64,000 nucleotides of DNA from Candidatus Nomurabacteria bacterium (GTDB taxonomy: Bacteria; Patescibacteriota; Patescibacteriia; HK-STAS-PATE-3): contig CP060223.1 of the NCBI GenBank assembly GCA_023898465.1, positions 640,001 to 704,000 on the forward strand. Reading direction: 5' to 3'. This document shows, piece after piece, positions 40,646 through 50,221 of the stretch. Every line of letters begins with the position of its first letter. Position 1 is the stretch's first letter. Below the pieces are notes generated by a model. The model searched no databases, was not told where the DNA came from, and saw only the letters and a program-made list of their open reading frames with translations. Made by a program: the position numbers and the translations under genes.

Positions 40646-40840
40646 ATGACAACAAGGACCAGAGGACGGAGTCAGGTCAAAAGGCTCCTCACCCTCATAC
40701 AAGGTTCCTCATGCAGGGACCTAACCCCAGAAGATGATGGCTTCAATGCCCAAGTCCGGAGCCAGATGATGGAGCTCTGGGCAAAGGACCCCAAGCGTGC
40801 CAGACGACACATCATTCGGAGCAGGCCTGTCCGCTCTTGA
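40646..40840 (+). CDS. Basic 64-aa hypothetical protein, weak call.
   Basis: It follows the acidic ORF in the same transcript, bounded by the terminator at 40854-40890. No SD, and competing overlapping frames exist. Confidence 0.2.
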   Translation: MTTRTRGRSQVKRLLTLIQGSSCRDLTPEDDGFNAQVRSQMMELWAKDPKRARRHIIRSRPVRS

Positions 40841-40853
40841 ACCCATCCCTAAA

Positions 40854-40890
40854 GACTGTTGGATACGCTCCAGCAGTCTTTTTCTTTATT
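40854..40890. terminator. Terminator shared by the small-ORF unit and the convergent mgtE-like gene.
   Basis: GACTGTTGG-atacgct-CCAGCAGTC followed by TTTTTCTTTATT. Confidence 0.45.
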
Positions 40891-40906
40891 CAACTTTCTA
40901 AAAATC

Positions 40907-41461
40907 CTACAAAATAATTAGACTCGCCACTACTCCGTAAATGACCACGCTAAGCATGTCCTGCAACACCGTAGCGATCGGTCCGGTGCTCGCTGCTGGA
41001 TCTCGATGAGCTGATTGGAAGAGGTAGGCAATGATGAGTGCTACTACTGGGGCTGTGGTAATAGCAACACATGAAGCAATCGCCACGCTCAATGACAATT
41101 GCGCATCTCCCAACCAAAACCAAGTGATGAGTCCGGAGATAAGACCAAACACGATGCCAATAATTACACCGAGAGAAAACTCTTTGCGGAGATAAACCTT
41201 GAACTTGGCTTTCCCAGTTTTTAAATCACGGGAATAAATAGCCTCGGTTTGCGTCCCCACTGCATCAGAAATATACACAATGAAGGGCATGAAAAAGGCC
41301 ACCTGCACGCTATGGGCCAGCACTTCTTCAAAACGCGAAGTAACAAAAGAAATACCAATGCCTAACATGAGACCAAAAATAAGAGCTGGGGCTCGCAGGT
41401 TTAATAAAGTACCAATGCTCTCATGACCATCATCTGCGTATCGTATTTTTGGCGTTTGCAT
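40907..41461 (-). CDS. MgtE-family divalent-cation transporter, TM domain only (no N-terminal MgtE_N/CBS domains).
   Basis: FFMPFIVYISDAVGTQTEAIYSRDL and five TM helices typical of the MgtE C-terminal domain, at 184 aa. Confidence 0.65.
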   Translation of the reverse strand: MQTPKIRYADDGHESIGTLLNLRAPALIFGLMLGIGISFVTSRFEEVLAHSVQVAFFMPFIVYISDAVGTQTEAIYSRDLKTGKAKFKVYLRKEFSLGVIIGIVFGLISGLITWFWLGDAQLSLSVAIASCVAITTAPVVALIIAYLFQSAHRDPAASTGPIATVLQDMLSVVIYGVVASLIIL

Positions 41462-41792
41462 ATATTTTTTAAGAAATAGAGGGGGCGCTTTTTTCAGCTA
41501 CGTGAAACATGGAAGTTTACCTGTCAGAATAATACTCCTCTGCCACGCAAAAACAATATTGGACTGATCAAAATAATTGCTTTTCAATCAGGCTTCGACA
41601 AGTATCGAACAGGGTTGAGATGAGGACTTGAGAAGCTGATTGAATGCTATTCAGGTTCTCAACTTCGCCATCTCGACAAAGCCTCGATGACTGCGTTCGA
41701 ACACTGAATCACCTTTCAGTCTTCGAGCAAGGTCGAGAAGCTGATGTTAATTATATAACTCGGTTCCAACTACGCACGAACACTGAATAACG

Positions 41793-44700
41793 TTATACCG
41801 CCTTGAATGGACAAATCTGTTTGAACTCGCAGCCGCCGCACTTGATGGGATTTGGATCAGCCGTGAAGTCTGCTTCCCGGATTTGTCCAATCTGCTCCAG
41901 CACCCATTCACGAGCCGCTTCCAGGTCTTTCTCCTTTGGCACAAATGAGACCTGACTGTTATCGTCAATATACCAGAAGGTTAACTTCCCTACCTTGCGA
42001 TGCAGCAGATCGCTATCCTGCACGGCTAATGCATAGAGGATGAGCTGGTACTTCGCTTCCTTGCTCGGCTTCTCTTTCGCTGTGCCGGTTTTGTAATCAA
42101 TGATTTCCACTTCCTCGCTATCCTCAATCTGATCAATGCGGTCAATCTTACCGGTCAAGCGAAACTCTTCTGAGAGTTGAATAGTGAAAGGCTGCTCGAG
42201 CGCCAAAGGCACAGGCAGGTCGCCGCTATAGGATGCGTAAAAAGCTTTCAGCGACTCCCAGCCTTTTTGCTTACTCTTCTCCATGTCGCGTTCGCCGTCA
42301 TACCATTCACGAATCCAGTTACGCTCGTACAACTCTTTTAACTCAGCCAGAGAAACGCTCTTAGCTCCAGCCTCCAATATCCCCTCATTTACTTTCGGCG
42401 CTTCAGCGAAAAGAGTGACTTGCCGCTTCTTGCTGCGCTCTTGCACGAGGCGGAAGAAATCGTACAAGGTAGCGTGGACAGATTGCCCATAGGAGAAGCG
42501 CTTGTTCCCAGGCTCTGGCACTTCCAAGGCATAGCGGTAGCGGAATTTCCATGGACAGAGATCATAGGTGCTGATGCGGGAATAGTCATAGCGCGTTTCT
42601 TCGGCCACTTTGCGTAAGATGCTCTCCGGCTCTGATTGCACAGCACTTCGCACACGAGCGTTGAGTAAAGTCGACTGCTGTTTTTTCTCCTCCGCTGCCT
42701 GCTCCTTGGTCACCAATCCCATTTCGATTAAGAAAGGAGAAGGACGCTTCACAGTTGCGCCGCCGTAATCCAAGGCACGGGTTAAGGTGAGTGAATCCTT
42801 TGCGCGAGTGAGGGCAACATAGAAGAGGCGGCGCTCTTCTTGAATATGCACATTCCCCTCTGGCAAACGTTCGTGTACCAAACCATCGGGCAAACTAATC
42901 GCATCACCGCGATCAGAGGATGGGAAACGCCGCTCAACCATATTCACGACAAAGACATGACGGAATTCCAAACCCTTGGCCGCGTGCACGGTCATCAGCT
43001 TCACGCTATCTGGACCTTCTTGCGCCACCGCATCCAACTGCCCCTCTTCCCCGGCATCCATGGAGGCCTGCATAAGAAGGAGGAAGTTTTTCACGCTCGG
43101 TTCGGTGTTGCCGCGCTCAAAGTCAGTCACTTCGCGATAGTACTGTGATAAGTAATGGAGCTGCGCTTGCTTGACCGGATCATCATCATCGCTTAAGTAA
43201 CGCAGATAGCCGGAGTCCTCGAGGAAAGCATAGAGCACGCGGCTGACGTTGCGCCGCTCTTGCAGGGCTAGAGCCGTGTGCGACTCAATCAAACCTAGCA
43301 GACGATCAGCTTCTTGATGTGTTTTTTGACTCAGAGTGGAAATGAGTCCGTGCTCTTTCAATGACTGATAGACTGAGCGGCTTTGGCGACGAGCATCTTG
43401 ATTTAGGGTAATGATATCCTGCGTAGAAAAAGAAAAAATCGGCATGGTCAGCACCCGATGCAAGGCAATGTCCTCGTGATAATTATCCAACATGCGCAGA
43501 TAAGCCAGCACGTCGAGTACGACTGCCTGACGATACAGCCCGCGAGCGGCCACATACTGGTATGGGACGCCTGAGCGTTCGGCAGCGTTCAGAAAAGATT
43601 CCAAGTGCGCGTTTGCTCGAGCCAGAATAGCGAAATCGCTCCACTGCAAATCCTTATCCGCATTCTTCTGAGCCAGGATTTGCTCTACTACTTTTTCCGC
43701 CTCGTCATCTTCAGTCGAGGTGACCAGCTCCTGAATTTTTGCCTCACCCTGACGAGCGGCTTGTAAGCGTTTATTTAAACCCTTGCCGTCATCCTGCAAC
43801 TGCACTTCTAAACGGTTTGGGTTATTGAGTTGAATAAAGTTGTAGGCCGTATCCAGGATGCGTTGATACGAGCGATAGTTTTGGGTCAATACCACGCTGG
43901 TGCAGTCTTTGTAATCTTCGCGGAACTGCATAATGTTAGCAACCGACGCACCACGGAATTTATAAATCGATTGGTCGTCATCACCCACCACGGTTAAATT
44001 GTTTTCCGGTGCAGCTAGGAGCTTCACTAATTCATACTGCGCCCAGTTGGTGTCCTGGAATTCATCAACCAGAATCGCTTTGAATTGATTGCGATAACGC
44101 TGCAGCAATGTCGAGCGAGTTTGAAAAAGCTTGAGTGTCTCCACAATCAGATCACCGAAGTCGACAAAGCCGCGCTCGCGTAGTAAACGATTATAAAGAT
44201 GGAAAGATGAAGCAAGCTCTTGTAAGCGTTGCACATCCTCGCCGGCTGCATCCTTATCCTCTTTTTTAGTAAACTCGCTTTGATCCAGATTAAGTCGCTT
44301 CTCCTCGACAAAGGCAAGGTAACGCTCCGGGCTCACCACTTCATCTTTTAATCGCGAGAAGTGTTTGATAAGTGATTGGAGAAACTTGGTCGGGCGACCG
44401 TGCGGACGATAGTAATCTAGAGAAAGTGCGTCCAAGTGCTGACGCAAAAACATCCACTGCTGCCGCTCGGATAACACTTGGAAGTCACCAGGTAAACCAA
44501 CGTCAATCGCATTCTCCCGCAGCACGCGCTCACCAAATCCGTGAAAGGTTGATACCCAAAGGTCGACATAGCCAGTTGGCAAGCGGCGGTCAATGCGATC
44601 AAGCATTTCATTGGCTGCTTTGTCGGTAAAAGTGAGACAAAGCACCTCGTCAGGCCGCAGTCCCTTCTCAGTAATCAACCAGGCCAGTCGCTCAACAATC

Positions 44701-44858
44701 ACTGTGGTCTTACCCGTGCCTGCGCCAGCCACGATAAGGAGTGGTCCCTGAGCATGCTCAACAGCCTGACGCTGCTCAGCGTTCAATTGCACGTCGAAGG
44801 AATTGGACGCGGCCTTGGCCTCCCCTTTTGCTGCTGCTTTCTTCGCGGTCATAGCCAT
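41793..44858 (-). CDS. UvrD/PcrA-type SF1 helicase fused to a C-terminal PD-(D/E)xK nuclease with an Fe-S Cys cluster (AddA/AddB-like or Cas4-like).
   Basis: GAGTGKT Walker A and helicase motifs. The C-terminus has a nuclease domain ending ...CGGCEFKQICPF. The start is taken at MAMTAKK (44858); the upstream extension is Cys-rich and unsupported. Confidence 0.8.
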   Translation of the reverse strand: MAMTAKKAAAKGEAKAASNSFDVQLNAEQRQAVEHAQGPLLIVAGAGTGKTTVIVERLAWLITEKGLRPDEVLCLTFTDKAANEMLDRIDRRLPTGYVDLWVSTFHGFGERVLRENAIDVGLPGDFQVLSERQQWMFLRQHLDALSLDYYRPHGRPTKFLQSLIKHFSRLKDEVVSPERYLAFVEEKRLNLDQSEFTKKEDKDAAGEDVQRLQELASSFHLYNRLLRERGFVDFGDLIVETLKLFQTRSTLLQRYRNQFKAILVDEFQDTNWAQYELVKLLAAPENNLTVVGDDDQSIYKFRGASVANIMQFREDYKDCTSVVLTQNYRSYQRILDTAYNFIQLNNPNRLEVQLQDDGKGLNKRLQAARQGEAKIQELVTSTEDDEAEKVVEQILAQKNADKDLQWSDFAILARANAHLESFLNAAERSGVPYQYVAARGLYRQAVVLDVLAYLRMLDNYHEDIALHRVLTMPIFSFSTQDIITLNQDARRQSRSVYQSLKEHGLISTLSQKTHQEADRLLGLIESHTALALQERRNVSRVLYAFLEDSGYLRYLSDDDDPVKQAQLHYLSQYYREVTDFERGNTEPSVKNFLLLMQASMDAGEEGQLDAVAQEGPDSVKLMTVHAAKGLEFRHVFVVNMVERRFPSSDRGDAISLPDGLVHERLPEGNVHIQEERRLFYVALTRAKDSLTLTRALDYGGATVKRPSPFLIEMGLVTKEQAAEEKKQQSTLLNARVRSAVQSEPESILRKVAEETRYDYSRISTYDLCPWKFRYRYALEVPEPGNKRFSYGQSVHATLYDFFRLVQERSKKRQVTLFAEAPKVNEGILEAGAKSVSLAELKELYERNWIREWYDGERDMEKSKQKGWESLKAFYASYSGDLPVPLALEQPFTIQLSEEFRLTGKIDRIDQIEDSEEVEIIDYKTGTAKEKPSKEAKYQLILYALAVQDSDLLHRKVGKLTFWYIDDNSQVSFVPKEKDLEAAREWVLEQIGQIREADFTADPNPIKCGGCEFKQICPFKAV

Positions 44859-45028
44859 AGGATAGCACAAACAGCATGTCAACACACACTTCCCCCAGCG
44901 TAGGTTTTTAACCTGCGCTGGGAATAAATGCCACACAGCGCAGGCTCTCCTGCCTGCGCTCTTTATAAACCAAAAACCAGCGCGGGTTTGAGAGCCCGCG
45001 CTGGTGTGTTTATCTTATTCCTTTAAGT

Positions 45029-48000
45029 CTAGCGATTCAGCGGCATGCTGAAGCGTCGCTTATCGAACAACACAACGAATCCGCTGATTATAGCCATCAT
45101 GCCGAGGCCAAAGGCCGCCACATCACCCCAACCAGATCCAGTATCAGCCAAGGTTGATGCACCAAGGACCTGACCGCGCTTCACTACCACATTCTGGCTG
45201 GCGCGAACTTCGCCGTAATTATCTGCTACGGCTTTTGCTACGTTGAGGTAATTCCCAGACGCAGCATTATCAGCCACCTTCACCTCATAAGTGATAGTGC
45301 GAGTATCGTCAGTAAACATGCTGCCGAGAGTCCAGACACGTTCGGTCAAACCTGAATCAGCAAAGGTAAAGCCCTCAGGTAAGATATCTGTTACGCGCAC
45401 GTTTAAGGCAATGCCATCACCAGCGTTTGTTACCTTCAAGGTGTAGGTCAGATAATCACCTGGCTTTGCCTCGTTGGTGTTCACGCTCTTAGTAAGGAGT
45501 AAGAGCGGCTCAGTGCTGACACCCAGGACAGACCCAAGGCGTACCTCAACGGTTGCTTCATCAGCCACTGGATCGGTGTTATCTGCATCAGCTGTTGCTA
45601 CGTTGTCGTAGAAACCGGCCGCTTGGCTGGTGCTCACAATGACATCATAGGTGACTGTCATGCTTTCATTCGCTGCGAGATCACCGAGTGGGAAGCTGCG
45701 AACTGACAAGCCAGTGTCTACAAAGATGAAACCAGCTGGCAATTGATCAGTCATGACTACATTCACTGCAGTGGATTGGCCAATGTTCTTCACGACCACG
45801 GTGTAGGTTACTGTTGCACCCGGATTCACAAAGGTGTCGACATTGACCGACTTCACAATGCTCAGCTCAGGACTGAGAAGCTTGTTACCAAAGTTATTCG
45901 CATTGGAGACTAAGCCTGAAGTCATCACAATCGGACCAAGGGTGATAGGGCTGGAAGTCTGCTCCCAACCATCTTGCAATGTTTCGCTTAACCAGTAGGT
46001 ACCAGGACCAAGATCAGTGAAGCTGTAATTACCATCAGCGTCAGTTAAGGTATCAGCAATAATTGCACCCGGCTGACCATCCTCATCTTCCCAAAGGTTA
46101 ATCTGCCAATTGGCTAAGCCGCTTTCATCCTCATCCCAGGTGCCGTTGCCATTCACATCATGCCATTTTGCACCGTTGATTGATCCGAGTTGAAAGTTAC
46201 CAAAGTCATTCCCGGTCAAGGTAGTGTTTTCACCCAGCTCGAGCGGACCAATAACTACTGGCTCAGAAGTTTGCATCCAACCATCCACTAATGCCTCGTT
46301 CACCCAGTAGGTACCTGGCTCAAGATCAGTGAAGGCGTAGCTGCCATCGGCTGCAGTCTGCGTCGTGGCAATGATATTGCCCGGGCCGTCTTCACCATCA
46401 TCCCAGAGATTAATAGTCCAGCCCTGGATGCCTGGCTCGCCAACTTGTCGCACGCCATCGCCGTTCAAGTCATTCCACTTGGTACCGGCAATAGTAAGTG
46501 AGCGGGTGTTGCCAAACTCCACATAGGCTGGTTCGCCTTGCACTACTTCAACTTCTACACTGAGTGGCGTGGTGTTCATCCAAGCATCTGGCAGGACTTC
46601 ATTCACTTCGTAGGTACCAGTTGGCAAATTCGCAAAGGAGAAACTGCCATCGCTGGCACTCACTTTGCTTTGCCCATTGCTTAGCTGGATAGTGACACCT
46701 TCGATGCCTTCATCGCCGTCGTCACGTACACCATTCGCATTGTGGTCATAATATTTTACTCCGGTGATTTCTCCGGTGTTGCGGGTATTCTCGAGCACAC
46801 AAGTACCACCCTGGCGACCGGTGTCTAAAGTGATAACACCATTTGCATAACTACAGATTCCACTCGCGTTAGTTAAGGTGTAGAGGTTATCGTAGCTACC
46901 TGAAGTTTCAGTCACCATGTACTGCGTCATTGTCGGCACTGACACTGGAGCGCTTGCTTCAGTGAAATCACCCAAGCCTTCAACATGGAAGGTCCAATCC
47001 TGATCGGTCGATGGTCCGCCGCCTACGACTACTTTATCAAAGTCGATAGTAGTGAAGTCGCGCGCATTACAGAGCGTGATGGATGTTTCCTGATCTTCAA
47101 ATACTTCTACCGGCACAGGCAGGGTCGTGCCTTGCGGATTTGTACATGAGTAATCGGAGATATTTTTGTCATCATACCAACCAACAAAATGCCACCCAGG
47201 CAATTGCGTTTCAGTGATTTGATGAGGGCCAACACCGGTCTCGTTGGGCGTGCCCATATCTCGCATCTTTGTTTCAGTGATATCACTCCACTGGAAACCA
47301 AGTTCATTTGCTCGGACATTACCGCCCTCAAATATACCATCACCGTTTTCATCGACTTTCTTATTCACCGTCAGATCACCAGTCGGGCAATCAAGCGGAG
47401 CGGTCAATGAAGATGCGAAGAGAATAAAGCTCTCACCATTATCATCTTCTGGTGATTCGATTTGATAAGCAAAGTAGGTCGCGTTGGCTGGAATAGTTAC
47501 CGTGACTGTTGGATGATCCCACTCTGGACCTTCGTGCGAAGTGAGCAAGTTATGCAGCAGCTCTGTTGCGCCAGCTTGATCAACCAGGTTTGTTGGAACT
47601 GCACCAGTGGCACTCTTTACCCAGAGCGCATCACCGCGATTAGGGTTCGTGTGATCGCCGCCGCCCACACTCAAGGTAAGTGTTGCTTGTCGATCATAAT
47701 CTACTGGAGCAAAAGAATAACTGTACACTTCAGTGTCTGGACCTTTGGGGAAGTAGGGTCGATTCCAATATGCGGTATCCACTCCTCCCAACCAAGTCAC
47801 CAGAGAGGCATCAACATCTTCAGATGCATATACCACGTAAAGACTCGCTCCTAACATTGTGTAAGGACTGGAGTTCTCTACTGTATATGAATGCGTGCCG
47901 GTACTCACATAGCTGCTTACATTTGCGACGTACGCTACTGCATCCAGCGCCTCGCGATACTCAGTACCATTCACTGCATGTCCGTTAAACACAAAACTTG

Positions 48001-48736
48001 GATCGCTCTCTTCTTCATAGGCGCCCCAAATAAGATAGGCCGCTGCAATAGTACCTGGTACGTCGAGATTGCTTATCACACCACTTCCGTCATCTTCTAA
48101 TCCAACTCCTGCGCTGGCAACCGCATAGCCGGCAGTTTGACCCTGCGAACAAGCTGTTTGAATCGAGAAAAGGTTTTCTAAACCACCGGTAGTACGCCAG
48201 TTACCAAAATCAATCTCCGTGGTCTGACCCGCCGTAACATGTACGTTTTCTGTCACATTACCGGTTGTCACTTCCCAATCAGGAAGCTGGGTTTCTGTGA
48301 CGGTATAGTCTCCGGCATGCAGGTGAGGTACATAAAAACCGGATTCTCCACTCGTATCACCCTCGGCCACAATCTGGTCCTGCATATCACGCACCACAAA
48401 GTGCCAATCGCTCAGCCATGGGTCAGTGTCATGGGCGGTATTACGGATACCGTTACCATTATCGTCATAAAACTTCCGAATGCGGAGGTTGCCAAAGGTA
48501 AGCGCTGAATCGTCTACATTTGTACCCAGGCTAAGGCTTGTACCGCCCTCCTGAGAGTTATCCACAGCTTGAACTGGCAGCTCAGCTGCTTGGGCAGCCA
48601 GCACCGTTCCTAGGCCGGTAGTCTGGAGCACCAAACTAAAGACTGCCACGACGCTCAATAGATTGAATAAGCGCCGACGGACTCCCTTGCTAAGACCCCC
48701 CTGATATTCCCCCCTGAATAGTGATAACGTAGGCAT
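45029..48736 (-). CDS. Large (1235-aa) cell-surface protein with SdrD-B-like/Cna-B-type repeats and DUF11 repeats, and a C-terminal LAxTG sortase-type anchor.
   Basis: Signal peptide. Repeated DxDxDG calcium-type motifs (DLNGDGVRQVGE..., DVNGNGTWDEDE...). Two DUF11-like repeats. C-terminus LADTG, hydrophobic helix, KRR tail. AGAGGAG RBS. Confidence 0.8.
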   Translation of the reverse strand: MPTLSLFRGEYQGGLSKGVRRRLFNLLSVVAVFSLVLQTTGLGTVLAAQAAELPVQAVDNSQEGGTSLSLGTNVDDSALTFGNLRIRKFYDDNGNGIRNTAHDTDPWLSDWHFVVRDMQDQIVAEGDTSGESGFYVPHLHAGDYTVTETQLPDWEVTTGNVTENVHVTAGQTTEIDFGNWRTTGGLENLFSIQTACSQGQTAGYAVASAGVGLEDDGSGVISNLDVPGTIAAAYLIWGAYEEESDPSFVFNGHAVNGTEYREALDAVAYVANVSSYVSTGTHSYTVENSSPYTMLGASLYVVYASEDVDASLVTWLGGVDTAYWNRPYFPKGPDTEVYSYSFAPVDYDRQATLTLSVGGGDHTNPNRGDALWVKSATGAVPTNLVDQAGATELLHNLLTSHEGPEWDHPTVTVTIPANATYFAYQIESPEDDNGESFILFASSLTAPLDCPTGDLTVNKKVDENGDGIFEGGNVRANELGFQWSDITETKMRDMGTPNETGVGPHQITETQLPGWHFVGWYDDKNISDYSCTNPQGTTLPVPVEVFEDQETSITLCNARDFTTIDFDKVVVGGGPSTDQDWTFHVEGLGDFTEASAPVSVPTMTQYMVTETSGSYDNLYTLTNASGICSYANGVITLDTGRQGGTCVLENTRNTGEITGVKYYDHNANGVRDDGDEGIEGVTIQLSNGQSKVSASDGSFSFANLPTGTYEVNEVLPDAWMNTTPLSVEVEVVQGEPAYVEFGNTRSLTIAGTKWNDLNGDGVRQVGEPGIQGWTINLWDDGEDGPGNIIATTQTAADGSYAFTDLEPGTYWVNEALVDGWMQTSEPVVIGPLELGENTTLTGNDFGNFQLGSINGAKWHDVNGNGTWDEDESGLANWQINLWEDEDGQPGAIIADTLTDADGNYSFTDLGPGTYWLSETLQDGWEQTSSPITLGPIVMTSGLVSNANNFGNKLLSPELSIVKSVNVDTFVNPGATVTYTVVVKNIGQSTAVNVVMTDQLPAGFIFVDTGLSVRSFPLGDLAANESMTVTYDVIVSTSQAAGFYDNVATADADNTDPVADEATVEVRLGSVLGVSTEPLLLLTKSVNTNEAKPGDYLTYTLKVTNAGDGIALNVRVTDILPEGFTFADSGLTERVWTLGSMFTDDTRTITYEVKVADNAASGNYLNVAKAVADNYGEVRASQNVVVKRGQVLGASTLADTGSGWGDVAAFGLGMMAIISGFVVLFDKRRFSMPLNR

Positions 48737-49048
48737 AACTCCTCTGGTTAATGAACTCGTTTATTTGATACAAAAAGCCAACAGCAAGCTATAAAACGAA
48801 AATTCCGCTTTCTAACTTTTTGTTGGCTTTCCTAACTTCCTCCGAAGTTGTAGGGAATGTGCAGTGTTTGAGACGAAAGAACGATACTGAAAGTGTCCGA
48901 CAAGGTGCGATATTTTGGGTTTTTATTTCGGAAAAGATCGATTTTGTCTGTGCTTCACCTTAATGGTTCAGGGCCAATTTGTCAAGCTGAAAAATGTGCC
49001 TCTCCTCAGCGCTTTTTGACCCTATTCCCCACCCAAAGTGGCCAGCTC

Positions 49049-49076
49049 TTCACATTTTTTTCATATATGGTAGTAT
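49049..49076 (+). promoter_or_regulatory. Promoter (TTCACA, 16-nt spacer, TGG-TAGTAT) for the RRM protein gene, with a 95-nt 5' UTR.
   Basis: Direct match. It has the same TGG-extended -10 style as 6920-6947. Confidence 0.4.
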
Positions 49077-49172
49077 GGCCTCGCAAGTCTTTTCGGGATA
49101 TCTCGCCGTAGGGCGTAGAGGTGAAAGGTCTACCGAAACAGATACGCACCTCTTAGTAGTAAGTGGAAGTAA

Positions 49173-49451
49173 ATGGCGAAGAAACTCTACGTCGGAAACC
49201 TTCCGTTCAGCGTCACCGAGGACAGCCTTAAGGAGCATTTCTCCCAGGTTGGACCGGTTGAATCGACTCAGGTCATCCTAGACCGAGCGACCGGACGCTC
49301 ACGCGGATTCGGTTTCGTCGAGATGTCCAACGATGAGGACGCGGCAAAGGCAGTTGAAACCTTCAACGGCCAAGAAATGGAAGGCCGCGCGCTCGTTGTC
49401 AACGAAGCTCGACCAATGACAGATCGTCCAAAGCGAAGCTTTGATAACTAA
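49173..49451 (+). CDS. RRM-type RNA-binding protein (92 aa).
   Basis: RNP2 LYVGNL and RNP1 RGFGFVEM. Confidence 0.85.
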   Translation: MAKKLYVGNLPFSVTEDSLKEHFSQVGPVESTQVILDRATGRSRGFGFVEMSNDEDAAKAVETFNGQEMEGRALVVNEARPMTDRPKRSFDN

Positions 49452-49467
49452 AGCAACGTGATGGAAT

Positions 49468-49501
49468 CAAAAACTCGGCTGCCTAGGCAGACCGAGTTTT
49501 T
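49468..49501. terminator. Bidirectional terminator between the RRM gene and the ATPase D-subunit gene.
   Basis: AAAAACTCGG-CTGCCTAGGCAG-ACCGAGTTTTT palindrome. Confidence 0.6.
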
Positions 49502-49523
49502 GATTATATTCGAATTCGTGCTC

Positions 49524-50138
49524 TTACTGCATCGCTTCCTTTAATCGCATGATGCTGACCAGGGCGCCTCGCTCCTGCTCATCCAATTTGCTGGAAATGT
49601 ATTTCACATTCCGCTCAATCTCGGGAACAAAGACAAACTCAAGTGCATTCACACGACGACGCGTCTTCTCAATCTCAGCTGAGAGTAAACGAGCTGAGTG
49701 CTCGGTCTGAGCTAACTCCACGATCTTTGGCAGCGCATCTGAGAATGTTTTCAGAGAAGTATCAAGTCCAGAGGAAGTAGTTGCCAAAGAGTAGCTCAGG
49801 AAATCACCTGACTCGGCATACTGAAACTGTGGCACCTGCACACTCATGACGTTCTTGGTTGCCACCTGCAATTGAATTTGCTTCGTGGTGACTGCCAGCG
49901 CTTCCTCGGTTACTTCCGGACGCATATCAGCTGAAGCGATAATGAAACTCTGGAACGCTTGACCGAGCTGAGCCTCTACTTCTTGTCGTAAGCTGCGAGT
50001 CTTTTTGATGATACCTAAGAACTCCTGCATCAAGCCTTCGAGTTTTTCCTCGAGTAAAGAATGACCGCGCTTGGCCATCTTGAGCTTACCCTTGAGTCGG
50101 ATAAGCTCCATGCGTGTTGGGTTAATCGTTTGCGCCAT
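49524..50138 (-). CDS. ntpD: A/V-type ATPase subunit D.
   Basis: MAQTINPTRMELIRLKGKL and coiled-coil central stalk. Confidence 0.85.
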   Translation of the reverse strand: MAQTINPTRMELIRLKGKLKMAKRGHSLLEEKLEGLMQEFLGIIKKTRSLRQEVEAQLGQAFQSFIIASADMRPEVTEEALAVTTKQIQLQVATKNVMSVQVPQFQYAESGDFLSYSLATTSSGLDTSLKTFSDALPKIVELAQTEHSARLLSAEIEKTRRRVNALEFVFVPEIERNVKYISSKLDEQERGALVSIMRLKEAMQ

Positions 50139-50221
50139 AGGGTAATGAGTGTTCGAGCGTATCCGCCCAGAGCGGAGAAGTCGAGAACCGAGCTTAGCTT
50201 CTCGACAAGCTCGAAGACTAA

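Noticed and set aside
41747-41968. 73-aa minus-strand ORF overlapping the helicase 3' end.
   Set aside because: It overlaps a well-supported gene in another frame and has no signals.
47107-48508. Several + strand ORFs (73-130 aa) inside the surface-protein gene.
   Set aside because: They are antisense shadows within a long repeat-rich CDS.
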